DNA of 64,000 bases from Clostridia bacterium (GTDB taxonomy: Bacteria; Bacillota; Clostridia; Christensenellales; CAG-138), in NCBI GenBank assembly GCA_016292635.1, contig JAEDIC010000001.1:3275-67274 (forward strand), in the 5' to 3' direction. Numbering within the stretch: position 1 is the stretch's first letter; every line of letters begins with the position of its first letter. Below, in pieces: positions 26,753 to 34,856 of the stretch. The notes below the pieces were generated by a model, which did not search any database, was not told the origin of the DNA, and saw nothing but the letters and a program-made list of their open reading frames with translations. Both the position numbers and the translations under genes were made by a program.

Positions 26753-28660
26753 ATGGCCTTTGAATACCTTACAAACCTGCCCCTTGACCGGGCAAGGCGG
26801 GACTATATTGAGCTGCTGATAAATAACGGCATGGGCCCCAGGGCGGAAACGGTACCCGTATCACAGGCGGCGGGCCGGATGACCGCCGAAGCGGTATACG
26901 CTTCCATCTGCTCGCCCCATTACGCCGCAAGCGCCATGGACGGCATAGCTTTGCTTGCAAAGGACAGCTTCGGCGCTACGGAATCCACCCCCGTAACATT
27001 GCGGCCCGGTAAGTTTACCGTGGTGGACACAGGCGACCCTCTGCCCGATGGGTGCGACGCCGTTATAATGATAGAAGACATAGTGGAAAACTCCGATGGC
27101 AGCGTGACCATACACTCCGCCGCCGCCCCATGGCAGCATATCCGCCAGATAGGCGAGGATATATGCGCCGGGGAAATGATAATCGGCAGCTTTATGGAGC
27201 TTACTCCCGCCGCGATAGGCGCCATGATAGCGGGGGGCGTCGGGGAGGTAAAAGTGATAAAGCGGCCCCGTGTTGGCATAATCCCCACGGGAGACGAGAT
27301 AATCCCCCCCTGCGCAAACCCGGAACCGGGGCAGATACTGGAATTCAACTCCGCCATATTCTCCTCCATGCTGAAAAGCTGGGGCGCGGAGCCGGTGACC
27401 TATCCCATAGTGCCGGATAAGTATGATATGATACTCCATGCCCTTGAGATGGCCCTGTCCCAATGCGACATGGTGCTGCTGAACGCAGGCTCCTCCGCAG
27501 GGCGGGATGACTGCTCCGCGAAGGCCATCGCCGAGGCGGGGCAGGTGCTGTATCACGGCATTGCCATTAAGCCGGGCAAGCCTGCCATACTGGGCTGCAA
27601 AGACGATAAGCCCATTCTGGGCGTACCGGGGTATCCCGTATCCGGCATAATAGTAATAGAGGAGCTGCTCAAGCCCATTATAGAGCACTGCACGGGCAAA
27701 GCCGCTGCCAGGGAAGACCGCGCCGAAGCCGTCCTTACCCGGCCTGTGGTATCCGGCCTTAAATATCAGGAATTCGTAAGAGTTCGCCTTGGCTTCGTTG
27801 GGGATAAGCTTATCGCCTCCCCCCTTAACCGCGGCAGCGGCGTTGTGTCCTCCTTTATGAAGGCGGACGGCATACTGGAAATTCCCCAGGGGCAGGAGGG
27901 CTATGAGGCGGGGCAAAGGGTCAGCGTTCGCCTGCTTACGGAAAAAAGCCGCCCTTCCAATACCCTTGTTGTGATAGGCAGCCACGACCCCCTTCTGGAC
28001 GAACTGGCGGATATGATGCACCGGGATGACAGAAAAATATACATGAGCTCCTCCCATGTAGGCTCAATGGGCGGCATAATGGCCCTTAAGCGGGGGGAGG
28101 CCCACGCCGCGGGCTGCCATCTGCTGGACCCGGAAACCGGCATATACAACCTTTCCTTTATTAAAAGGTACTTCCCCAACGGGGGGATAAGGCTTATCCG
28201 CTGCGTGGGCAGACAGCAGGGCCTTATGGTGCAAAAGGGCAATCCCCTGGGCCTTAACGGGTTTGAGGACGTTGCAAATGACGGCGTTCGCTATGTTAAC
28301 CGGCAGAAGGGCTCAGGCACTCGCATACTTGCAGACTACCTCTGCTCAAAAGCGAATATTGACAAGGCCTCCATATACGGCTATGACCGGGAGGAACTTA
28401 CCCACACCTCCGTTGCCATACAGATAGCCGCGGGCTCCGCCGACGCGGGCATGGGCATATACTCCGCCGCCCGGCTGTACGATCTGGATTTCCTTCCGGT
28501 ATGTATTGAGGAATACGACCTGCTCATTCCGGATTTCGCCTATGATACTCCCATGGTAAGGCGCATGCTGGATACCCTGAAAAGCCCTGAATTTCATGCC
28601 CGGCTCTCCGCAATGGGCGGCTATACGCTTGAGGGAATCGGAGAGGAGATATCCCTCTGA
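26753..28660 (+). CDS. MoeA fused to a C-terminal periplasmic-binding-protein-like (PBP-like) domain
   Basis: 635 aa. The N-terminal ~400 aa is a second MoeA (SAMDGIAL, IPTGDEI, AGSSAGRDD, IKPGKP). The C-terminal ~230 aa is PBP-like (VVIGSHDP, NRQKGSGTRIL, GSADAGMGIYSAA). Confidence 0.85.
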   Translation: MAFEYLTNLPLDRARRDYIELLINNGMGPRAETVPVSQAAGRMTAEAVYASICSPHYAASAMDGIALLAKDSFGATESTPVTLRPGKFTVVDTGDPLPDGCDAVIMIEDIVENSDGSVTIHSAAAPWQHIRQIGEDICAGEMIIGSFMELTPAAIGAMIAGGVGEVKVIKRPRVGIIPTGDEIIPPCANPEPGQILEFNSAIFSSMLKSWGAEPVTYPIVPDKYDMILHALEMALSQCDMVLLNAGSSAGRDDCSAKAIAEAGQVLYHGIAIKPGKPAILGCKDDKPILGVPGYPVSGIIVIEELLKPIIEHCTGKAAAREDRAEAVLTRPVVSGLKYQEFVRVRLGFVGDKLIASPLNRGSGVVSSFMKADGILEIPQGQEGYEAGQRVSVRLLTEKSRPSNTLVVIGSHDPLLDELADMMHRDDRKIYMSSSHVGSMGGIMALKRGEAHAAGCHLLDPETGIYNLSFIKRYFPNGGIRLIRCVGRQQGLMVQKGNPLGLNGFEDVANDGVRYVNRQKGSGTRILADYLCSKANIDKASIYGYDREELTHTSVAIQIAAGSADAGMGIYSAARLYDLDFLPVCIEEYDLLIPDFAYDTPMVRRMLDTLKSPEFHARLSAMGGYTLEGIGEEISL

Positions 28661-28670
28661 CGGGGCAGCT

Positions 28671-28931
28671 TTTTTAAAAATGTGGCGGTAATTCCCCGCC
28701 CCTCCGGGCTTTTGAAAAGTAGCGTCGCGCCACTTTTTCAAGGGTTACACGGCTCCCTTGTGCCTGCGGCACGGCCGGGAAGCCACGCAAGGAAACCCTT
28801 GCCGCGCAATGCTTCAATCGGATTTGCCTCTCATGTCGCCAAATCCGATTGAATCCTCCGGGGGCTGCGGTCCCCGAATCCCTCAGGTGTTTTTTTGAAA
28901 GGCAGCGGGGGCGATAATTCCCCGCCCCTCC
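28671..28931. repeat. intergenic element: about 35-nt direct repeats flanking a hairpin cluster
   Basis: GGCGGTAATTCCCCGCCCCTCC (28685-28706) and GGCGATAATTCCCCGCCCCTCC (28910-28931) flank a perfect 14-bp hairpin, TTCAATCGGATTTG/CAAATCCGATTGAA (28813-28853). A GGGGCTGCGGTCCCC hairpin also lies between them. Confidence 0.7.
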
Positions 28932-28984
28932 TTTCTTACTTGCCTGTATTCTCCTTAATATATTCCAATTTTGTCACAATTCCC

Positions 28985-29013
28985 TTTACTTTGTCTTTCT
29001 TTTTACTTATAAT
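28985..29013 (+). promoter_or_regulatory. candidate promoter for the nuoE/nuoF-like operon
   Basis: TTTACT (28985-28990), a 17-nt spacer, then TATAAT (29008-29013), inside a very AT-rich island. Confidence 0.45.
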
Positions 29014-29168
29014 GGATATATATATACTTTGTTAATCTAATAATTATCAACTGATCGAACACATATTTTATATATATATCGTGCTCTCATATTGAACTTG
29101 TATTGTTGATAATGCACCCGCAATATCATAGATGTCCCAAAAACTTTTATAGGAGAAAGGAACTGCTT

Positions 29169-29657
29169 ATGGCTCAAATCAGCGAAAACGGAAGAGCGGA
29201 AATATGCGCTATCTGTGAAAAGTACGCAAATGAAACCACCCCACTGATGATGATCCTCAGCGACATCCAGAAGAAATTCGGCTATATTCCTCTGGAGGCT
29301 CAGGAAATAGTATCCGAGAAGACCGGTATATCCGTAGCCGAGATATATGGCGTGGTCACGTTTTATTCATTCTTCTCCCTCAAACCAAAGGGCAAATACA
29401 TTATCGGCTGCTGTCTGGGCACCGCCTGCTACGTTAAGGGCGCCCAGCAGATAATCGACAAATTCTCCGAAATACTTGGCATCGCCCCCGGCGAGACCAC
29501 CGCAGACGGTCTCTTTACCATAGACGCGCTGCGCTGTATTGGCGCCTGCGGCATTGCCCCCGCCGTTACCATAAACGGCAAGGTATACCCCAAGATGACG
29601 GTGGATAAGGTTGCCGAAGTGGTTAAGGAATATCGCAGCATGGGAGGTGCGGAATAA
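29169..29657 (+). CDS. NuoE/HydC-like [2Fe-2S] subunit of an NAD(H)-linked flavoprotein module
   Basis: Start is MAQISENG at 29169, after GGAGAAAGG. The Cys pattern CCLGTACYVKG...CIGACGIAP is typical of NuoE-family thioredoxin-like 2Fe-2S proteins. Confidence 0.85.
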   Translation: MAQISENGRAEICAICEKYANETTPLMMILSDIQKKFGYIPLEAQEIVSEKTGISVAEIYGVVTFYSFFSLKPKGKYIIGCCLGTACYVKGAQQIIDKFSEILGIAPGETTADGLFTIDALRCIGACGIAPAVTINGKVYPKMTVDKVAEVVKEYRSMGGAE

Positions 29658-31540
29658 TGATTAAAACTTATGACGAACTCAATGCTAAAATAGCAAGCTG
29701 CACCACCGCTATGGCCTGGAAGCTTGACGGCAGGAGCGGCAAGCGGGCCGTAGTTCTCTGCGGCGGCACCGGCTGCCTCTCTTCGGATTCCGCTGCCATA
29801 AGGGAAGAATTCGAAAAGAAGGTGAAAGAAAAGGGTCTCTCCGATAAGGTCACCGTAAATCAGGTTGGCTGCTTCGGCTTCTGCTCCCAGGGTCCCTTCG
29901 TAAAGATATATCCCGAAGATACCCTTTACCGTCTGGTAAAGCTGGAGGACGTTGAAGAGATAGTTGAAAAAGACCTCATCGGCGGCCAGGTTGTTGAGCG
30001 TCTGCTGTTCGTGGACCCCAAAACCAAAGAAAAGATCGTTAAGCAGGATGAGATTAATTTCTACAAAAAGCAGCGCCGTGTTGCGCTGGCTGCCTGCGGC
30101 GTTATCAATCCCGAGGAGATTGACGAAGCTCTGGGCTTCGGCGCATTCCAGGGCCTTGCCCGTGCCCTTAAAATGGACCGGCAGGAAGTTATAAACGAGA
30201 TACTGGCCTCCGGTCTGCGCGGACGGGGCGGCGGCGGCTTCCCCACCGGCCGCAAGTGGCAGTTTGCCTACAACTCCCCCGGCAATGAAAAATACGTGGT
30301 CTGCAACGGCGACGAGGGCGACCCCGGCGCATTCATGGACCGCTCCATATTCGAAGGCAACCCCCTGGCGGTAATCGAGGGCATGATGATCGCCGGCTAC
30401 GCAATCGGCGCGCAGAACGGCTATTTCTACGTTCGCGCCGAGTATCCCGTTGCGGTGAACCGCCTTCAGATTGCCATTAGCCAGGCCCGTGAATACGGCC
30501 TCCTTGGCGAAAACATTCTGGGCAGCGGCTTTAATTTCGATCTGCACATCCGCCTTGGTGCGGGCGCATTCGTATGCGGCGAAGAAACCGCCCTGCTCAA
30601 CTCCATCGAGGGCAAACGCGGAACTCCCCGTCCCCGTCCTCCCTTCCCCGCCGTTAAGGGTCTTTGGGGCAAGCCCACCATCGTAAACAACGTTGAGACC
30701 ATGGCCTGCGTTCCCTACATCATGCGTGAAGGCGCAGCCAAGTTTGCCGAGTGCGGCACCGAAAATTCCAAGGGCACCAAGGTATTCGCTCTGGGCGGCA
30801 AGGTCAATAACGTGGGCCTTGTGGAGATCCCCATGGGCACCACCATCCGTGAGCTGGTATACGATATCGGCGGCGGCATCCCCGGCGATAAGCAGTTCAA
30901 AGCCATACAGACCGGCGGTCCTTCCGGCGGCTGCCTTACCGCTGAGTTCCTTGATGAACCCATCGACTTCGATACCCTTACCGCAAAGGGCTCAATGATG
31001 GGCTCCGGCGGCGCAATAGTAATGGACGAGGACAACTGCATGGTGGACGTTGCCAAGTTCTACATGGAGTTCATCTGCGATGAATCCTGCGGAAAGTGCA
31101 CTCCCTGCCGCGTTGGCACCAAGCGCATGCTTGAGACCCTCACCAAAATAACCGAAGGCAAGGGCACCCTTGAGGACCTTGACAAGCTGGAAGAGCTCAG
31201 CGCCCTCATAAAGAGCAGCTCCCTCTGCGCACTGGGTCAGACTGCCTCCAACCCCGTTATGTCCACCCTCAGGCACTTCCGTGATGAATACGTTGCCCAC
31301 GTTGTGGATAAGAAGTGCCCCGCAAAGGTCTGCAAGAACCTGATGCAGTACGTTATTGACAAGGAAAAGTGCATCGGCTGCGGAATGTGCGCACGTCAGT
31401 GCCCCGCCGACGCCATCCACAAGACGGATTACACCGCCCCCGGCAAGAAGCTGCCTGCAATGGCTATCGATACAGACAAGTGCGCCAAGTGCGGCGCCTG
31501 TATCGCCACCTGCAAATTCAACGCCATATCCAAGCAGTAA
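29657..31540 (+). CDS. NuoF/HydB-like FMN and NAD(H)-binding subunit with extra 2Fe-2S and 2x[4Fe-4S] domains
   Basis: 627 aa. N-terminal thioredoxin-like domain (CGGTGC...GCFGFCSQGP) and FMN site GRGGGGFPTGRKW. Also ESCGKCTPCR and a C-terminal ferredoxin (CIGCGMCARQCP, CAKCGACIATC). Confidence 0.9.
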   Translation: MIKTYDELNAKIASCTTAMAWKLDGRSGKRAVVLCGGTGCLSSDSAAIREEFEKKVKEKGLSDKVTVNQVGCFGFCSQGPFVKIYPEDTLYRLVKLEDVEEIVEKDLIGGQVVERLLFVDPKTKEKIVKQDEINFYKKQRRVALAACGVINPEEIDEALGFGAFQGLARALKMDRQEVINEILASGLRGRGGGGFPTGRKWQFAYNSPGNEKYVVCNGDEGDPGAFMDRSIFEGNPLAVIEGMMIAGYAIGAQNGYFYVRAEYPVAVNRLQIAISQAREYGLLGENILGSGFNFDLHIRLGAGAFVCGEETALLNSIEGKRGTPRPRPPFPAVKGLWGKPTIVNNVETMACVPYIMREGAAKFAECGTENSKGTKVFALGGKVNNVGLVEIPMGTTIRELVYDIGGGIPGDKQFKAIQTGGPSGGCLTAEFLDEPIDFDTLTAKGSMMGSGGAIVMDEDNCMVDVAKFYMEFICDESCGKCTPCRVGTKRMLETLTKITEGKGTLEDLDKLEELSALIKSSSLCALGQTASNPVMSTLRHFRDEYVAHVVDKKCPAKVCKNLMQYVIDKEKCIGCGMCARQCPADAIHKTDYTAPGKKLPAMAIDTDKCAKCGACIATCKFNAISKQ

Positions 31541-31566
31541 TCTTCACATACGCCTTACACACAAGT

Positions 31567-31595
31567 CCGCCCGGCTTATGCCGGGCGGCTTTTTG
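31567..31595 (+). terminator. intrinsic terminator after the nuoF-like gene
   Basis: CCGCCCGG-cttatg-CCGGGCGG followed by CTTTTTG. Confidence 0.8.
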
Positions 31596-31670
31596 TATAC
31601 CGAAAACCACGGGATAGCGGCGCGGTTGGAAAGAGGCTAATGGCGATGAACAGAAAACAGGGGAATAACT

Positions 31671-31805
31671 CAAAAGCTCCCCTTTGTGTAAAGAAGGGAA
31701 GCAAAATCAAAAATTTTTGCGGGGGGATTGTGGAACAAGAACAATCCCCCAGTCTTTTGTTTGGGGCAAAAGACGGCTCCCTTTACACAAGGGAGCCGTG
31801 ATTTG
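31671..31805 (+). repeat. four-hairpin intergenic repeat element, copy A
   Basis: The element is a run of four hairpins. They are CCCCTTT..AAGGG, GGGGGATTGT..ACAATCCCCC, GTCTTTTG..CAAAAGAC and GGCTCCCTT..AAGGGAGCC. It aligns to the reverse complement of 43750-43882. Confidence 0.85.
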
Positions 31806-32079
31806 GAATGTGCGGAGTGATGTAAGTCAGGTTGTAAAATACATCCGTTCTGACGCACATGTCGTCAGAGCCGGATTAAACATAAGGGGCTGCGGCCCCT
31901 TATCAACCCCGGAGTTTTTTGACAGAGTGAAATATCCCCCGATATGGGGGATATTTATTGGCTATCGAAAAAGCGGCCGCTTTTTGGGGATTTACATGAC
32001 TACCCTGTGCCTGCAGCACGGGTCAGGCCGCCAAACCGCCGGAAGGATATCGGTCCTGATTTCTCCGATAAGTATGCTG

Positions 32080-33396
32080 TCAGGCGTTTTCAGCCTGAGC
32101 GGCAAGCTTCGCTGCCTTTTCCGCCTGCTTTGTGGGGATATCCTTGCAGAGGGCATTCAGTATGGGTATGAGCACCATGGTAACTATGCCGGAAGTGAAA
32201 CCGCCGTTATACACATTGAAGCCCAGATGGAAGGAGGCCGTGTTGAACACAAGGCAGGCATGCAGCGCGCCCGCCAAAACGCCCCATATGAGACCCCAGC
32301 GCCCCGCCACGGGAGACATGCCTGTGGCAAAGCAGATACCAACTGCCCATGCAGTGGCGCTGAGGGGCGTGCCGGTTATGAGGGACACCAGCATATAGCC
32401 CAGCATGATGGGAAATACATTGCGGGGATGTGAGCCATTGCCCGCCCAGCAGGTTATGCAGAGCAATGAGCCCATTATTGGGCCGGTGAACTTTGCGCCT
32501 GCAATGGCAAAATAGGCAAGGCACATTATGCCCAGAAAGCCAAAGTTGATAAGCACGTTGCCGGCGCCGTCCAGCTTTGAGAAATCGCAGCTGTGGCCGG
32601 TGCGCATGATAAGGGCGCCGTAGCCCTTGAAGCCCTTGTTGATTATCGCGCCGGCTATTACCGAGGCTATGAATATGCCGCCGAAGAAGAACAGGAAAAA
32701 GCTGCGGTATCCGTCGCTCACTATGCTGTTTGTAGTAAACTCGATTCCCATGGGGGCGAGAACGGCGTTTTTATATATGCCCGCCCACAGTACGCCGATA
32801 AGGCCGGCGGAAAGGCCAACGTTAAACAGGTTATGGCCCTGATGCATGGTGGCGGCGTGGGCGGATACGGCGGGGATGATAAAGCCTATCAGTCCCCCTG
32901 CCATTACCGCCAGCGGTATGCCCAGGGGAAGGGGTATATCAATGAACCTGTTGAAGAGCATTTCGCTGACCACGGGGGCAAGCGCGCCGCCGAAGAGGGC
33001 AAAGTGCGCGTACTTGGTGAAGGATTCCTTTTTTACCCTGGCATACAACCACGTGCCCAGCAGGATGGGCCACATATTGACGCAGTTTTTGCCGAAGAAG
33101 CTGAATCCTATGGTAAGAAAGAACGCGCCCACGGTTATGCCGGAGGCCTCCACCTTTGCTGTCTTCAGTATGGCTATGGCGATAAGGCCCAGCATACCCG
33201 CCTGGAACAGACCGCCGTTGAGCCCGCCCACGGCCAGGGCGTCCACGGTAAGGGACTGGGGGCTGGTGAGTATGGCCCAGAAGCCTTTGAACATTTCATT
33301 TACGGGGCCGGTAAGGGATCCGGCAACTATCAGTGCCAGAGAAAAAGCGAGGAAAAATATGTATAATACCTTGGAAGTGTTTTTATTAGCTTCCAT
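32080..33396 (-). CDS. polytopic membrane protein, DUF1576-like
   Basis: 438 aa with about 10-12 predicted TM helices. FFGKNCVNMWPILLG and FGGALAPVVSE patterns recall DUF1576. It is the last gene of the fdhA-mobA-fdhD string. Confidence 0.6.
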   Translation of the reverse strand: MEANKNTSKVLYIFFLAFSLALIVAGSLTGPVNEMFKGFWAILTSPQSLTVDALAVGGLNGGLFQAGMLGLIAIAILKTAKVEASGITVGAFFLTIGFSFFGKNCVNMWPILLGTWLYARVKKESFTKYAHFALFGGALAPVVSEMLFNRFIDIPLPLGIPLAVMAGGLIGFIIPAVSAHAATMHQGHNLFNVGLSAGLIGVLWAGIYKNAVLAPMGIEFTTNSIVSDGYRSFFLFFFGGIFIASVIAGAIINKGFKGYGALIMRTGHSCDFSKLDGAGNVLINFGFLGIMCLAYFAIAGAKFTGPIMGSLLCITCWAGNGSHPRNVFPIMLGYMLVSLITGTPLSATAWAVGICFATGMSPVAGRWGLIWGVLAGALHACLVFNTASFHLGFNVYNGGFTSGIVTMVLIPILNALCKDIPTKQAEKAAKLAAQAENA

Positions 33397-33436
33397 ACAT
33401 TAAGCCTCCTGAATATACCCTATTTTGTTATCTATG

Positions 33437-34174
33437 CTATTCGAGCAGGCTGTCCACGGGGCAGCCCTTGAGCCTGTAAGGCGCGGTGTATATGTTGAAG
33501 CGATTTTCTCTTGAAAAGCCCAGAAGCGTTATATTTGCTTTCTTCGCCACCTCCACCGCCGCAATGGTGGGGGTGGAGCGGGAAACTATCATTGGTATGC
33601 CTATGGCAACGGCCTTTTGTATCATATCCTTGGGAATGCGGCCGCTGGTGATTATGTATTTATCATGGAGGGACACGCCGTTCATCAGCGCCTTGCCCGT
33701 TACCTTGTCTATGGTATTATGGCGGCTTACGTCTATGCAGGCCATATGTGTGCCCCAATCGCTGCAAAGGGCGCTGCGGTGTATTCCGGCGGTGGCCTTC
33801 TGCAGGGTGGATTCGTCATAAAACCGCTCCTGATTGCGAAGGAGAGCCTCCGGGTCGAAAACTATTTTATCCGACAGGGGAATGTCCTCGGTAACTATGC
33901 GGTTTGCCTCGGCAGTATTCAGCTTAACGGTGGCGATGCCGGCCTCCTCGTCCACATCCATTGTCTCAATGTCCGCAATGCGGCGGATATACCGCTGGGT
34001 ATAAAGATGGCCCAGCACCAGCTCGAAAAGCTCGCTTGGGGAGCAATACAGCGCCTTGTGCGCCACATCCAGTATATTGAGATGCAAAGTCATCTCATGG
34101 ACCATAAGGTCCCTGAGCTCCACATATTCGCCGTTGATATAGCGCACTATATTTCGCTTATCTGCAAGCGTCAT
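33437..34174 (-). CDS. fdhD: formate dehydrogenase accessory sulfurtransferase FdhD
   Basis: 245 aa. DVSRHNTIDKVTGKAL and SGRIPKDMIQKAVAIGIPMIVSRSTPT motifs. Confidence 0.9.
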   Translation of the reverse strand: MTLADKRNIVRYINGEYVELRDLMVHEMTLHLNILDVAHKALYCSPSELFELVLGHLYTQRYIRRIADIETMDVDEEAGIATVKLNTAEANRIVTEDIPLSDKIVFDPEALLRNQERFYDESTLQKATAGIHRSALCSDWGTHMACIDVSRHNTIDKVTGKALMNGVSLHDKYIITSGRIPKDMIQKAVAIGIPMIVSRSTPTIAAVEVAKKANITLLGFSRENRFNIYTAPYRLKGCPVDSLLE

Positions 34175-34196
34175 GCCGTTATCCCCCTTAAAGCCA

Positions 34197-34856
34197 TCAA
34201 ACTATGCCGCTGAGATACGCATCGTACTCGCTGCGGGTGTTGATGTTGGTAAACATCCGAAATTCCCTGTCGTATTTTTTTACCGTTTCCTCCGGAATCA
34301 CCAAAGGCTCAGCCTCGCTTATGAAGCGGAACAGAGAACCGCTGCCCTCCTGCAGCCTTTTCGTAGCATCCGCAAGCAGCTCCCTGGAATAAAACCCGTT
34401 GAACGGCTCAAAGCGGTCGTTCCTGCGGCAAACGCATACCTTTGCCTCGGTTTCCGCTATACGCTGCTTCATGTGGCGTATATAGGGCAGGCATACCACC
34501 GGCATATCGCAGGCGATAAGGTAAACGTATTTGCTGCGTGCGTTGGCAAGGGCCGCGTGTATCCCCGCAAGAGGACCCATATCCTGAAATTCATCCGAGC
34601 ACACCCGAACCTTCATTCCGTCATAAAGTTCCGGCTTTGCGGTCACTATCAGTATATCAGAGAATTCCCTTTTAAGGGCATCCGATACTATTTCCAGTAT
34701 GCGCCGGTTGTTGTCCGTTAAAAGCTGCTTATCAAACCCCATGCGGGAGGATTTGCCGCCGGCAAGTATTGCCGCCGTTGCAAAAACCTCATCCTTGCAT
34801 ATGTCCTCCCGGGGCAAGGACGCCCCGGGAAGAATTTGGGTATTGATGTCTTTCAT
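34197..34856 (-). CDS. mobA: molybdenum cofactor guanylyltransferase MobA
   Basis: 219 aa. AAILAGGKSSRMGFDKQLL nucleotide-binding start. Its start abuts the fdhA stop. Confidence 0.85.
   Translation of the reverse strand: MKDINTQILPGASLPREDICKDEVFATAAILAGGKSSRMGFDKQLLTDNNRRILEIVSDALKREFSDILIVTAKPELYDGMKVRVCSDEFQDMGPLAGIHAALANARSKYVYLIACDMPVVCLPYIRHMKQRIAETEAKVCVCRRNDRFEPFNGFYSRELLADATKRLQEGSGSLFRFISEAEPLVIPEETVKKYDREFRMFTNINTRSEYDAYLSGIV

Noticed and set aside
28671-28931. CRISPR-like array suggested by the repeated 22-mers.
   Set aside because: There are only two copies, about 225 nt apart. The intervening sequence is itself hairpin-rich repeat material, and no cas genes are nearby.
31670-31858. 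ORFs 31670..31858(-) and 43681..43908(-)/43730..(+) give similar peptides (LPCVKGAVFCP.QKT.GL...HNPPAK), so they might encode a small conserved protein.
   Set aside because: The similarity simply reflects translation of the same palindromic repeat element. There is no RBS or sensible start, and the conserved features are base-paired stems, not codons.
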